This document shows, piece after piece, positions 9,246 to 18,282 of a DNA stretch of 64,000 bases; position 1 is the first letter of the stretch; the number at the start of each line of letters is the position of its first letter. The position numbers were made by a program, and so were the translations under genes. Origin of the DNA: an uncultured Comamonadaceae bacterium (GTDB taxonomy: Bacteria > Pseudomonadota > Gammaproteobacteria > Burkholderiales > Burkholderiaceae_C); assembly GCA_966692625.1 (NCBI GenBank), contig CBKZAG010000001.1:21228-85227 (forward strand), written 5' to 3'. Under the pieces are notes generated by a model, which was given only the letters and a program-made list of their open reading frames with translations, did not search any database and had not been told where the DNA came from.

Positions 9246-10788
9246 TATGGCGCTGTCGCAGGACGCGATGGAGGATTTTCCCCGTCGCCGTGCGCGGCAT
9301 CTGCTCCTCGGCAATGAACTCGATCGTACTGGGGCACTTGAAGCCGGCCAGCCGTTGACGGCACCATTCGCGCAGCTCCGCCTCGGTGGCGTCCTGCCCC
9401 TGGTGCACCACCACCACCGCCTTGGCGGTCTCGCCCCACTTGTCGTGGGGCACGCCAATCACGGCAACGTCCCGGACCTTGGGGTGCTGGCCCAGCACGC
9501 CTTCCACTTCCGACGGATAGATGTTTTCCCCGCCGCTGATGATCATGTTGCTTTTGCGGTCCACCAGCCAGATGTAGCCGTCTTCGTCGCGGCGGGCCAT
9601 GTCACCGACCGAACACCAGAGGCCGTCGAACGCCTCGGCCGTCTTCTCCGCGTTCTTCCAGTAGCCGTCAAAAACGTAGGCGGTGCGCGAGTACAGCTCC
9701 CCGACAGCGCCGTCGGGCACTTCCTGCCGGTTCTCGTCGAGCAGCCGTATCGGGCCGCTGCCCGCCCACTCGCGGCCAACGGAGCCCAGCTTGCTGAGCT
9801 GCTCGCCGGGCCGCAGCAACGTGACCCACCCCGCCTCGGTGGAACCGTAAAGTTCGTAGAGCTGGCCGTTGGGGAACAGCTCCAGGATGCCGCGCTTGGT
9901 TTCCTGCCGCGCCGGGGCAGACGAGATCATCAGCTTGCCCACCGCGCTCAGGTCGTAGCGCTGTTTGACGGCATCGGGCAGGGCCAGCAGCATGATGTAG
10001 TGCGTGGGCACCAGGGAGGTGAAGGTGACACGGTCGTCCGCCAGGGTTTTCAGCAGCGCCTCGGGGTCGAAGCTGCGGCGGTCGTCTATCACGCAGGTGC
10101 CCCCCATGTGCACGAAGGTGGTGCCGAAATAGAGTGAATTGGCGTGGCACAGAGGCATGACCAGCAAGGCCGTGTCACGCTCGGTGAACCCCATCTCCAG
10201 TGCCGTGGCCAATGCAATCAGGGTGCTGCCACCGTGGCTGCGGATGGCTCCCTTGGGCCGTCCGGTCGTGCCCGAGGTGTACATCAGGGCGCAGCAGTCG
10301 TCTGCGCCCACGGGTTCGAGCGGGGTGGAAAGGTCCGCCCCGGCCAGCAGGGTTTCGTAAGCCTGCCAGCCGGACGGCGGGGTGCTGTCCAACGCGAAGA
10401 ATCGGTCTGGCGGGAGCGGGAGCTGCCCGCGGATGCTGTCGATCACCGGGCAGAACTCGGGTCCGCAGACCACCGCCCCCGCTTCGGCATGTTCCAGGAT
10501 GTACGCCATTTCTGGGCCGCTCAGGCGGAAGTTCAGGGGCACCACCACCAGCCCCGCTCGCCCCAGTCCGGCGTAAAGCTCCATCCATTCCAGGCAGTTG
10601 TAGGCAACGATGCCAACACGGTCGCCCTTGACCAGGCCGCGGCCACGCAGCGCGCGGGCCAGGCGTGTGGCACGCTCGTCCCATTGCGCGTAGGTGAGGC
10701 GGCGCCGGGAGTCGCGCACGGCGAGTTTCTGCGGCCTGAGCCGGGCGTGCGTGGCAACGGCATCGGCGAAAGTGGGCAGGTGGATCAT
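9220..10788 (-). CDS. AMP-dependent synthetase/ligase (acyl-CoA synthetase family)
   Basis: AMP-binding motif YTSGTTGRPKGA and the C-terminal ...TATGKILHRVLR. Its 3' end overlaps the oxygenase gene convergently by 26 bp. Confidence 0.85.
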   Translation of the reverse strand: MIHLPTFADAVATHARLRPQKLAVRDSRRRLTYAQWDERATRLARALRGRGLVKGDRVGIVAYNCLEWMELYAGLGRAGLVVVPLNFRLSGPEMAYILEHAEAGAVVCGPEFCPVIDSIRGQLPLPPDRFFALDSTPPSGWQAYETLLAGADLSTPLEPVGADDCCALMYTSGTTGRPKGAIRSHGGSTLIALATALEMGFTERDTALLVMPLCHANSLYFGTTFVHMGGTCVIDDRRSFDPEALLKTLADDRVTFTSLVPTHYIMLLALPDAVKQRYDLSAVGKLMISSAPARQETKRGILELFPNGQLYELYGSTEAGWVTLLRPGEQLSKLGSVGREWAGSGPIRLLDENRQEVPDGAVGELYSRTAYVFDGYWKNAEKTAEAFDGLWCSVGDMARRDEDGYIWLVDRKSNMIISGGENIYPSEVEGVLGQHPKVRDVAVIGVPHDKWGETAKAVVVVHQGQDATEAELREWCRQRLAGFKCPSTIEFIAEEQMPRTATGKILHRVLRQRHISLDHTER

Positions 10789-10841
10789 TTGGGGCTCCGG
10801 GGCGTTGTATGGAATGGAACTCTGGCTGCACTTGATTTTTC

Positions 10842-10863
10842 TGAATTCTGAATTCAGAATTCA
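10842..10863. promoter_or_regulatory. Perfect 22-bp palindrome TGAATTCTGAATTCAGAATTCA in a divergent promoter region (candidate operator)
   Basis: Read directly: it is self-complementary over 22 nt and made of three GAATTC cores on a 7-bp pitch. It is an AT-rich island in GC-rich DNA between the divergent genes 9220..10788(-) and 10899..12623(+). Confidence 0.5.
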
Positions 10864-10898
10864 TAAAACGTCAATACCCGCAAACCCAGGAGAATCTC

Positions 10899-12623
10899 AT
10901 GCCCCCCCCTCCCATCAGCGATCAGTCCACCGCCGCGGTCATTGCCCGCTTCCTCAAGGCCAGGGGCGTTCGCCGCGTCTATGCCCTGTGCGGGGGGCAC
11001 ATCATGCCAATCTGGATGCGGCTCGACGCGGAGGGCATACGCATCGTCGACGTGCGCGACGAACGTGCGGCCGTTTACATGGCGCATGCCGAGTCACAGC
11101 TCACCGGTGGGCTCGGGGTGGCGCTGGTCACCGCCGGGCCGGGTGTGACCAACGCGATGACGGGCATCGCGAATGCCCACGTGGCACGTGCCTCGGTGCT
11201 GGTGCTTTCCGGGCTGCCGCCCAGCGCGCAGGAGAACCGGGGTGCGCTCCAGGACATCGTGCACACGGACCTGGTGCGCAGCCTCACCCGCTACGCACGC
11301 ACGGTGCGCCACCCCGATCTGGTGCCGCAGGAACTCGCCGAGGCTACGGCCCGGGCGATGGGCGAGGGGGGCGAGCCTGGCCCGGTGTACCTGGACTTCC
11401 CGGTCGACACGCTCAGGGCCGAGGTGTCGGCGGCAATGCAACTACCCGAGTCTTTCTCGCCCCCGGTGGTTCGGCCCATGGTTCCGCCTGCGGAGGCGGT
11501 GCAGGCCGCCGTGCAAAAGCTCTGGGCAGCCAAGCGCCCGCTGTTCATTTCGGGGCGTGGTGCACGCGGCGCCGGCCCCGCGCTGGAGGCGCTGTTGATC
11601 CGCCTGGGCGCGGCCTACCTGGACACCGGTGAGAGCCGGGGCCTGGTCAGTGATGACCATCCCAGCGTGGTAGCGGCCATGCGCGGCGCCGTCATGGGGC
11701 AGGCAGACCTGGTGGTCACGGTGGGCAGACGCCTGGACTTCCAGCTGGCGTACGGCTCGCCAGCCGTGTTTGGAAAGGCGGAGTTTCTGCGCATCGCCGA
11801 CGGCACGGGTGAGCTTCGCGACAACCGGCGCGGCGCAGTGGAAATCTTCGCCAACCCGGCCTCGGCGGTGCAGGCTATTCTTGATGCCGCGCCATCAACC
11901 CCGCCGAGCAGCGACGCGGCCTGGCTGGCAGGTCTTCGCGAACAGCACCTCCAGCGGTCGGCCAAGTTGCAGCAAAGCATGAAAAGCGCTCCTCCCGGCA
12001 GCGATGGCCGCATGCACCCCAACCGCCTGCTGGCGGCGTTGCACGACGCGCTGCCCGATGACGCGGTCGTGGTGGCCGACGGCGGAGATTTCCTGAGCTT
12101 TGCCCGCGTCGGTCTGCCTGCCTCCACCTACCTGGACCCGGGGTCGCTGGGGTGCATTGGCGTGGGCACGCCATTCGGCATCGCAGCCAGCCTGGCCTGC
12201 CCCGGCCGCACGGTGGTGGTCGCCACGGGGGACGGCGCCTTCGGCTTCAATGCCATGGAGATCGACACCGCCGTACGCCACCAGGCACCCGTCCTGGTGG
12301 TGGTGGCCAACAACGGTTCCTGGGCAATCGAAGTCCGCGACCAGCAGGAAACCCACGGCAAGGTGGTGGGCACGCGCCTGCAGTTCGCCGACCATGCGGC
12401 GATGGCGAGGGCCTTTGGCATGTATGCCGAACGGGTAACATCCGCAGAAGATCTGCCCGCTGCCATTGAACGGGCCATGGCCCGGCGGCCGGCATTGCTC
12501 GACGTGGTCGTCACACCGGAGGCCGCTTCGTCCGACGCCAAATCGGGTTTGGCCTGGGTGCCGGACCTGCAAGCCCTGGCGGCGTGGGACGAGGTCGAGG
12601 CGCGCTGGCGCGCGAACCCCTGA
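10899..12623 (+). CDS. Thiamine-diphosphate-dependent enzyme (acetolactate synthase / oxalyl-CoA decarboxylase / 2-hydroxyacyl-CoA lyase superfamily)
   Basis: N-terminal TPP_N pattern (VYALCGGHIMPIW...DVRDERAAVYMAHA...VTAGPGVTNAMTGIANA). The C-terminal TPP-binding motif is GDGAFGFN...NNGSW. Confidence 0.85.
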   Translation: MPPPPISDQSTAAVIARFLKARGVRRVYALCGGHIMPIWMRLDAEGIRIVDVRDERAAVYMAHAESQLTGGLGVALVTAGPGVTNAMTGIANAHVARASVLVLSGLPPSAQENRGALQDIVHTDLVRSLTRYARTVRHPDLVPQELAEATARAMGEGGEPGPVYLDFPVDTLRAEVSAAMQLPESFSPPVVRPMVPPAEAVQAAVQKLWAAKRPLFISGRGARGAGPALEALLIRLGAAYLDTGESRGLVSDDHPSVVAAMRGAVMGQADLVVTVGRRLDFQLAYGSPAVFGKAEFLRIADGTGELRDNRRGAVEIFANPASAVQAILDAAPSTPPSSDAAWLAGLREQHLQRSAKLQQSMKSAPPGSDGRMHPNRLLAALHDALPDDAVVVADGGDFLSFARVGLPASTYLDPGSLGCIGVGTPFGIAASLACPGRTVVVATGDGAFGFNAMEIDTAVRHQAPVLVVVANNGSWAIEVRDQQETHGKVVGTRLQFADHAAMARAFGMYAERVTSAEDLPAAIERAMARRPALLDVVVTPEAASSDAKSGLAWVPDLQALAAWDEVEARWRANP

Positions 12624-12677
12624 AGGCCAGCGAGGCCGCAGGTTGGGCGGTGCCGCTGACAAGGTAGTATTGCCTGC

Positions 12678-13349
12678 ATGAAGACGCTGCAAGTTGCCCC
12701 CAGCTTGGTGGAGCAGGTACACAAGACCATCCTCGCAGAGATCGCAGGTGGGCGTTTGCGCCCGGGCGCAAGAATCATCCAGGAACAGCTGGCGCAGGAG
12801 CTGGGCGTTTCGCGGCAACCTGTCCAGCAGGCCCTGACCCTGCTGCGCAAAGAGGGCGTGTTGTCAGACGCACCCGGCCGCGGGTTGCAGGTGGCGCCGC
12901 TCAACCTGGAACATGTGCTGCACATGTACGACGTGCGCGCCGTGATCGAGGGGCTCGCATTCCGCAAGGCCGCAGAAAACAACCCGGCGTTGGCGGCTGC
13001 CCGTGGCCCGGCCTTGATACGTGCTGGGCGCAAAGCCGTGGCCACCCAGTCCTTCAGCGCGATGATCGCCGCCGACATGGCGTTTCACAACTTCATCTAT
13101 GCGCTGTCGGGCAACCCGCTGGTGGCGCCCGCCATGGAAACACACTGGACCCAGACTCAGCGCGTGATGGGCGAAGTGCTGATGCGGGACGACAAGCCCC
13201 GTGACATCTGGGACCAGCACGAGGCGCTGCTGGACGCCGTGTGCGCAGGCGACGGCCCGCGCGCGGAGGAACTGGCCCGCCAGCACATCCTGGACGCTGC
13301 TGCCTTCATGGTCCAGCGTCTTGAGGCAGAGCGCAACGCGAAGCCCTGA
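12678..13349 (+). CDS. GntR-family transcriptional regulator (FadR/FCD subfamily)
   Basis: N-terminal wHTH (IIQEQLAQELGVSRQPVQQALTLLRKEGVL) followed by an FCD-like helical C-terminal domain. Confidence 0.85.
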   Translation: MKTLQVAPSLVEQVHKTILAEIAGGRLRPGARIIQEQLAQELGVSRQPVQQALTLLRKEGVLSDAPGRGLQVAPLNLEHVLHMYDVRAVIEGLAFRKAAENNPALAAARGPALIRAGRKAVATQSFSAMIAADMAFHNFIYALSGNPLVAPAMETHWTQTQRVMGEVLMRDDKPRDIWDQHEALLDAVCAGDGPRAEELARQHILDAAAFMVQRLEAERNAKP

Positions 13350-13359
13350 CGGCAGGGGT

Positions 13360-14280
13360 TCAGCGCACGCTGTCGATCCGGCGCACTGGCGGGTCGCACA
13401 TCTGCTCCTTGAGCCACTGCACGAACACGCGCAGCCCTGGGTAGTTCCGGTCTGCCTCCCTGTAGCACAGGAAGTGCAGCGGACGCGCAATGGCGACGAA
13501 GTCCGGCTCGGCGAGCGCCACAAGTTCGCCCCGCTGCAACTCGGCTTCGGCAAACCGGAGTGTCTCCAGCGCCAAGCCCAGGCCATCCACCGCGGCGGCC
13601 ACCGCCAGAGAGCCACGGTCGAAGGAGGGGCGCGGCCGCTCAGAGGGCTTCACGCCGTTGCTTTTGCACCAGTCTGCCCACCGCACGGGGTTGAGCTGCG
13701 ATTCGATCAACGTGGCATCGGCAAACCAGTCGCGCAGTGGCAGGCTTTCTGCCGGGAGCAGCCGGGGCGAACACAGCGGGGCCGTGATCTCGCTGCCCAG
13801 GTCTTCCACGGCAATGCCCAATGCGCCCGGACTTGCGCCATACGCGATGTGCACGTCCACGTCCATGTTCTTGTTCAGGTCGATGGGGTCAGGGCTGGAC
13901 GACAGTCTGATGGTGACCGACGGATGTGCCTGCATAAACTGTGGCAGCCGCGGGCCGAGCCATTTGGAGGCAAAGCTGGGTGCACAGTGGACCGCCAGAT
14001 GCTCGCGCCGATTGGGTGGGCGCAATGCCGAGCAGGCTTCGTGTATGGCGTCAAGCGCCGGGCCAAGTTCACTGAGCAAGCGGCGGCCGTCTTCGGTCAA
14101 AGCCAGGCTTCGCGTGGCGCGAATGAAGAGACGCCGCTTGCACCACGCCTCCAAGTTCTTGACCTGATGGCTCACGGCAGACGGTGTGATGTGCAGTTCT
14201 TGCGCCGCAGCCTGGAAGCTCACGTGACGCGCGGCCGCCTCAAAGGCGATCAGTGCAGACAGGGGCGGAAGATTGCGCAT
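13360..14280 (-). CDS. LysR-family transcriptional regulator (GcvA-like)
   Basis: N-terminal HTH LSALIAFEAAARHVSFQAAAQELHITPSAVSHQVKNLE. It is transcribed divergently from the aldolase/TRAP genes. Confidence 0.85.
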   Translation of the reverse strand: MRNLPPLSALIAFEAAARHVSFQAAAQELHITPSAVSHQVKNLEAWCKRRLFIRATRSLALTEDGRRLLSELGPALDAIHEACSALRPPNRREHLAVHCAPSFASKWLGPRLPQFMQAHPSVTIRLSSSPDPIDLNKNMDVDVHIAYGASPGALGIAVEDLGSEITAPLCSPRLLPAESLPLRDWFADATLIESQLNPVRWADWCKSNGVKPSERPRPSFDRGSLAVAAAVDGLGLALETLRFAEAELQRGELVALAEPDFVAIARPLHFLCYREADRNYPGLRVFVQWLKEQMCDPPVRRIDSVR

Positions 14281-14392
14281 GTTGCCGATTATGGGTGAGT
14301 TCTATTCATCCTTACGCGAAAAAAGATCGTTTGTCCTTGATAAAACGCAAAGCGAGAATTTCCTCGTACCAATCACCTACGAGGAGACATTC

Positions 14393-15205
14393 ATGTTGGA
14401 CAGGACCAAGCGCATCTCGATTTACCAGCCGGAGCAGGCTGGGCTGATCTTCCCCGAAATCCCGGACTTTGCATCCTTGGCAGAAGAGCGGACCTACCGC
14501 AAGCAGCGCCTTGTGGCGGCTTGCCGCGCATTCGCACTTGAGGGTTTTGACTATGGCTTTGCAGGGCACCTGACCGTGCGCGACCCCGAGCACCCAGATC
14601 TGTACTGGACCAACCCGATGGCTGTTCATTTTGCAGATGTGAAGATGTCCAATCTGATTCTGGTCGATCACGACGGGCGGGTCCACCAAGGTGACCATGC
14701 CGTGAACCGGGCGGGCTTTGTGCTGCACGCGGCAGTGCATGAAGCGCACCCCGACATCGTGGCAATGTGCCACGCGCACACTGTGTATGGCACCGCGTTT
14801 GCGGCGCTGGGCCGCCCGCTGGAGCCGATTTCTCAAGATGCAGCAGCGTTCTTCGAAGACCATGTCGTCATCAAGAGCGAGGCTGGCCAGGTGGCTGTTG
14901 AGCAAAAGGCCGGACCCAAGGTCGCGGATTGGTTCAAGGGCGTGAAAGCCGCGATTCACCAGAACCATGGACTGCTGACGGCCAGCCGCCACAGTATCGA
15001 ATCGGCCGCGTTCTGGTTCATCGCCCTTGAGCGTTGCTGCCGCCAACAGCTCTTGGTTGAGGCCACGGGGTCCATACCCGTGCACGTGCCGGTCGAGCGT
15101 TCGCGCTACAGCCGCGAGCACGTGGGCAGCGACTACATCGGATGGCTGCACTTCCAGCCCATCTGGAGCCGCCTCGCCAAGACACAACCCGACATGTTCG
15201 CCTGA
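14393..15205 (+). CDS. Class II aldolase/adducin-family protein
   Basis: ORF 14273..15205, trimmed to the ATG at 14393, which is preceded by GGAGA. The motifs GHLTVRD..., HAAVHEAHPDIVAMCHAHT (His-rich metal site) are present. Confidence 0.8.
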   Translation: MLDRTKRISIYQPEQAGLIFPEIPDFASLAEERTYRKQRLVAACRAFALEGFDYGFAGHLTVRDPEHPDLYWTNPMAVHFADVKMSNLILVDHDGRVHQGDHAVNRAGFVLHAAVHEAHPDIVAMCHAHTVYGTAFAALGRPLEPISQDAAAFFEDHVVIKSEAGQVAVEQKAGPKVADWFKGVKAAIHQNHGLLTASRHSIESAAFWFIALERCCRQQLLVEATGSIPVHVPVERSRYSREHVGSDYIGWLHFQPIWSRLAKTQPDMFA

Positions 15206-15313
15206 CGCTCATCCGCGTCAGATATCTGCGCAGTGGATCGTGGTGACTGGCGGCCTGACGGCCGCCAGGGCATGGCCTTGCCTGCGCCGACACACCCACA
15301 AGAGGAGACACGC

Positions 15314-15874
15314 ATGAAAAGGGTTGTTGACAGCTATTTCCGGTTGTTGAAATTGGTTGTTGTACTGAGCCTCGCAGGCATGGTGGCGCTGGTTTTTGGC
15401 AACGTCGTTTTGCGCTACGCATTCAATTCGGGCATCACCATGGCCGAGGAAGTGTCGCGGCTGCTGTTTCTCTATTGCACCTTCCTGGGTGCCACGATCG
15501 CGATGCGCGAGCGGCTCCACCTGGGCGTCGATTCGTTGACACGGCGCCTGCCTGCGATCGGCCAGCGGCTGTGTCTTGTGACCAGTCTTGCGTTGATGTT
15601 GCTCTGCTGCGTGCTGGTGGTCCAGGGCAGCTGGGCTCAAGTGCTCATCAACATGGCAGTCAAGATGCCAGTAACGGGTCTGCCGGTTGGCGTGGTCTAT
15701 GCGGCAGGGCTCGTTTTCAGTGTCTCGGCATCGCTGATCGTCCTGCACGACTTGGGACGCACGGTCTTGGGGAGTGGCGCAGCAGATTTGGCGACGCCGC
15801 AGCACGGGCAAGAACACGTCGTTGAAGACGATTCTGAATCTTCCGAACTGATCCTGGCCAGGAGGTCAACATGA
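15314..15874 (+). CDS. dctQ: TRAP transporter small permease (DctQ-type)
   Basis: ORF 15233..15874, trimmed to the ATG at 15314, which is preceded by GAGGAGA. It is a 4-TM small hydrophobic protein whose stop overlaps the DctM start (ATGA). Confidence 0.75.
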   Translation: MKRVVDSYFRLLKLVVVLSLAGMVALVFGNVVLRYAFNSGITMAEEVSRLLFLYCTFLGATIAMRERLHLGVDSLTRRLPAIGQRLCLVTSLALMLLCCVLVVQGSWAQVLINMAVKMPVTGLPVGVVYAAGLVFSVSASLIVLHDLGRTVLGSGAADLATPQHGQEHVVEDDSESSELILARRST

Positions 15875-17151
15875 CATTCGCGGTATTTCTGTTCTCACTG
15901 GCCGGGTCAATTGGCATCGGCATGCCCATCGCGTTTGCGCTCATCTTGTGCGGCGTGGCGTTGATGGCCCATCTGGACATGTTCGATGCGCAGATCATCG
16001 CGCAGAACCTGACCAACGGCGCCGACAGCTTCCCTCTCATGGCTGTGCCATTCTTCCTTTTGGCCGGTGAAATCATGAACGTCGGTGGCCTTTCGCGCCG
16101 GATTGTCAATGTCGCCATGTCACTGGTCGGCCACTTCAAGGGCGGGCTTGGCTACGTTGCAATACTGGCGGGCTGCCTGCTTGCAGCGCTGTCGGGCTCT
16201 GCCGTTGCAGACGCTGCCGCGCTGGGGGCCCTGATGGTGCCCATGATGGTTCGCGCGGGCCACGACAAAAAACGGGCAGCCGGTCTGGTGGCCGCAGCGG
16301 GGTGTATCGGACCTGTGATACCGCCGTCCATCGGCTTCATCATCTTCGGCGTTGCTGGCGGTCTTTCGATCACAAAGCTCTTTCTGGCAGGTATCGTTCC
16401 AGGTCTTCTCATCGGCGCCGCACTGTGTGTGGCATGGTGGATCGTGATTCGCAAAGAGCCTGCCGCCACGGCGCCCAAACAAAGCGGGGCGCAACGCTTG
16501 AATGCGGTACTGGCAGGGCTTTGGGCGCTGCTGTTGCCCGTGATCATCGTGCTGGGACTGAAGATGGGGGTGTTCACGCCCACCGAGGCGGCCGTGGTCG
16601 CAGTGGTCTACTCTCTGTTCGTTGCCGTCGTTGTGTACAAGGAACTCAAGCTTTCCGACCTTTACGACGTCTTCCTTGCCACGGCAAAGACCTCTGCAGT
16701 CGTCATGCTCCTGATCGCAGCTGCGCTGGTAGCGGCCTGGTTGATCACCGTGGCCGATCTGCCAGGGGTGGTCGTCGATCTGCTGGAACCGTTGATGGAC
16801 AACCAGTTGTTGCTGCTGGCGGCAATCATGTTGTTTGTCATTGCCGTCGGTACCGCGATGGATATGACGCCCTCCATCCTGATCCTGACCCCGGTGTTGT
16901 TGCCGGTTGTGAAAGCCGCAGGGATCGATCCGATCTACTTTGGCGTGCTTTTCATCATCAACTGTTCCATCGGACTCATCACACCCCCGGTGGGCAGTGT
17001 GCTCAACGTCGTGGCAGGTGTTTCCAAGCTGTCACTTGAAGACGTAGTGAAAGGCGTGCTGCCGTTCATCCTGGCAGAACTCGCCGTACTGGTTCTGCTG
17101 GTTCTTTTTCCCCCACTGGTGACTGTCCCCGCGCAATGGTTTGCCCGGTAA
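15871..17151 (+). CDS. dctM: TRAP transporter large permease (DctM-type)
   Basis: A 426-aa polytopic membrane protein with a typical DctM N-terminus (GMPIAFALIL...PFFLLAGEIMN). Confidence 0.9.
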   Translation: MTFAVFLFSLAGSIGIGMPIAFALILCGVALMAHLDMFDAQIIAQNLTNGADSFPLMAVPFFLLAGEIMNVGGLSRRIVNVAMSLVGHFKGGLGYVAILAGCLLAALSGSAVADAAALGALMVPMMVRAGHDKKRAAGLVAAAGCIGPVIPPSIGFIIFGVAGGLSITKLFLAGIVPGLLIGAALCVAWWIVIRKEPAATAPKQSGAQRLNAVLAGLWALLLPVIIVLGLKMGVFTPTEAAVVAVVYSLFVAVVVYKELKLSDLYDVFLATAKTSAVVMLLIAAALVAAWLITVADLPGVVVDLLEPLMDNQLLLLAAIMLFVIAVGTAMDMTPSILILTPVLLPVVKAAGIDPIYFGVLFIINCSIGLITPPVGSVLNVVAGVSKLSLEDVVKGVLPFILAELAVLVLLVLFPPLVTVPAQWFAR

Positions 17152-17184
17152 GGTCCCGCTTTCATCCCAACCCAAGGAGACATC

Positions 17185-18234
17185 ATGAAGTCAATTTTTC
17201 ACAAAGCTTTCGTCGGGGTGCTGGCATCTGTCGCCCTGGCGTGCTCGGCCCAATCCGCCGACATCAAGGAGCGGACCTTGAAGTTTTCGTTCGTTCAGCC
17301 GGCGGACAGCCACATGGGCTTTGGCGCCAAGGCTTTTGCTGACTTGGTCGCACAAAAGAGCGGCAACAAGATCAAGGTTCGGCTGTTCCCGAACGGTACC
17401 CTGGGGGGTGACCTGCAGACCGTGTCGGCACTGCAAGGCGGCACGATCGAACTGACGACCATGCCCCCCAGCTTGCTCGTCGGGCTGAACAAAGAGTATG
17501 GTGCTTTCGACCTTCCCTTCATGTTCAATGACTTCCGTGAGGCGGATGCCGTTCTTGACGGGCCGGTGGGTAAGCGCTTCCTGGAAAAGGCGCCTGTGGG
17601 GTTGGTCGGGCTGTCCTATTGGGACCATGGTTTCCGCAACGTGTCAAACAGCAAGCAGGCGATTGTCAAGGCTGAAGACTTCAAGGGCTTGAAGCTTCGC
17701 GTTGTGCAGACTCCGTTGATGATCGAGAGCTTCAATGCTTTGGGTGCCAATGCTGTTCCACTGTCGTTCACGGAACTATTCACAGCCATGGAAACCCGTG
17801 CGGTAGATGGTCAGGACAATCCCGTCGTGGCGTTCGAGACCAACAAGTTCAACGAAGTGCAGCGCCATCTTTCCTTGACGCGGCATGTCTACAACCCCTT
17901 GATTGTTCTTGTGAGCCAGAAGGCCTGGGACAGCATGACTCCGGCCGAGCGTGAGGTTCTGGCTTCGGCGGCGCGGGAAACGCGAATCGAGCAGCGGCGC
18001 ATGTCCCGTGAGATGGAGCAAAAGTCAATAGCTTCAATCAAGTCCAAGGGGGTAACGGTTTCGGAAGTGTCTCCGGCCGAGCGCGCACGTATGCGTGAGA
18101 TGGTCAAGCCGGTGATAGAAAAGTTCACCCGCGAGATCGGCGCGGAGGTGGTCAACGCCTTCGTCAGCGAGATCGGGAAGGTCCGCGCCGCTTCGCAGCC
18201 GGCTTCGGAACAAAAATCAGTCAGCCTCAAGTAA
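17185..18234 (+). CDS. dctP: TRAP transporter substrate-binding protein (DctP-type)
   Basis: Signal peptide (ALACSAQSA) and DctP-like motifs (GGDLQ..., YWDHGFRN). Confidence 0.85.
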   Translation: MKSIFHKAFVGVLASVALACSAQSADIKERTLKFSFVQPADSHMGFGAKAFADLVAQKSGNKIKVRLFPNGTLGGDLQTVSALQGGTIELTTMPPSLLVGLNKEYGAFDLPFMFNDFREADAVLDGPVGKRFLEKAPVGLVGLSYWDHGFRNVSNSKQAIVKAEDFKGLKLRVVQTPLMIESFNALGANAVPLSFTELFTAMETRAVDGQDNPVVAFETNKFNEVQRHLSLTRHVYNPLIVLVSQKAWDSMTPAEREVLASAARETRIEQRRMSREMEQKSIASIKSKGVTVSEVSPAERARMREMVKPVIEKFTREIGAEVVNAFVSEIGKVRAASQPASEQKSVSLK

Positions 18235-18282
18235 AAGAGAGATGGAGCGGTGACAACGCGGAGAACGGCTGAGGCTCAGAAG

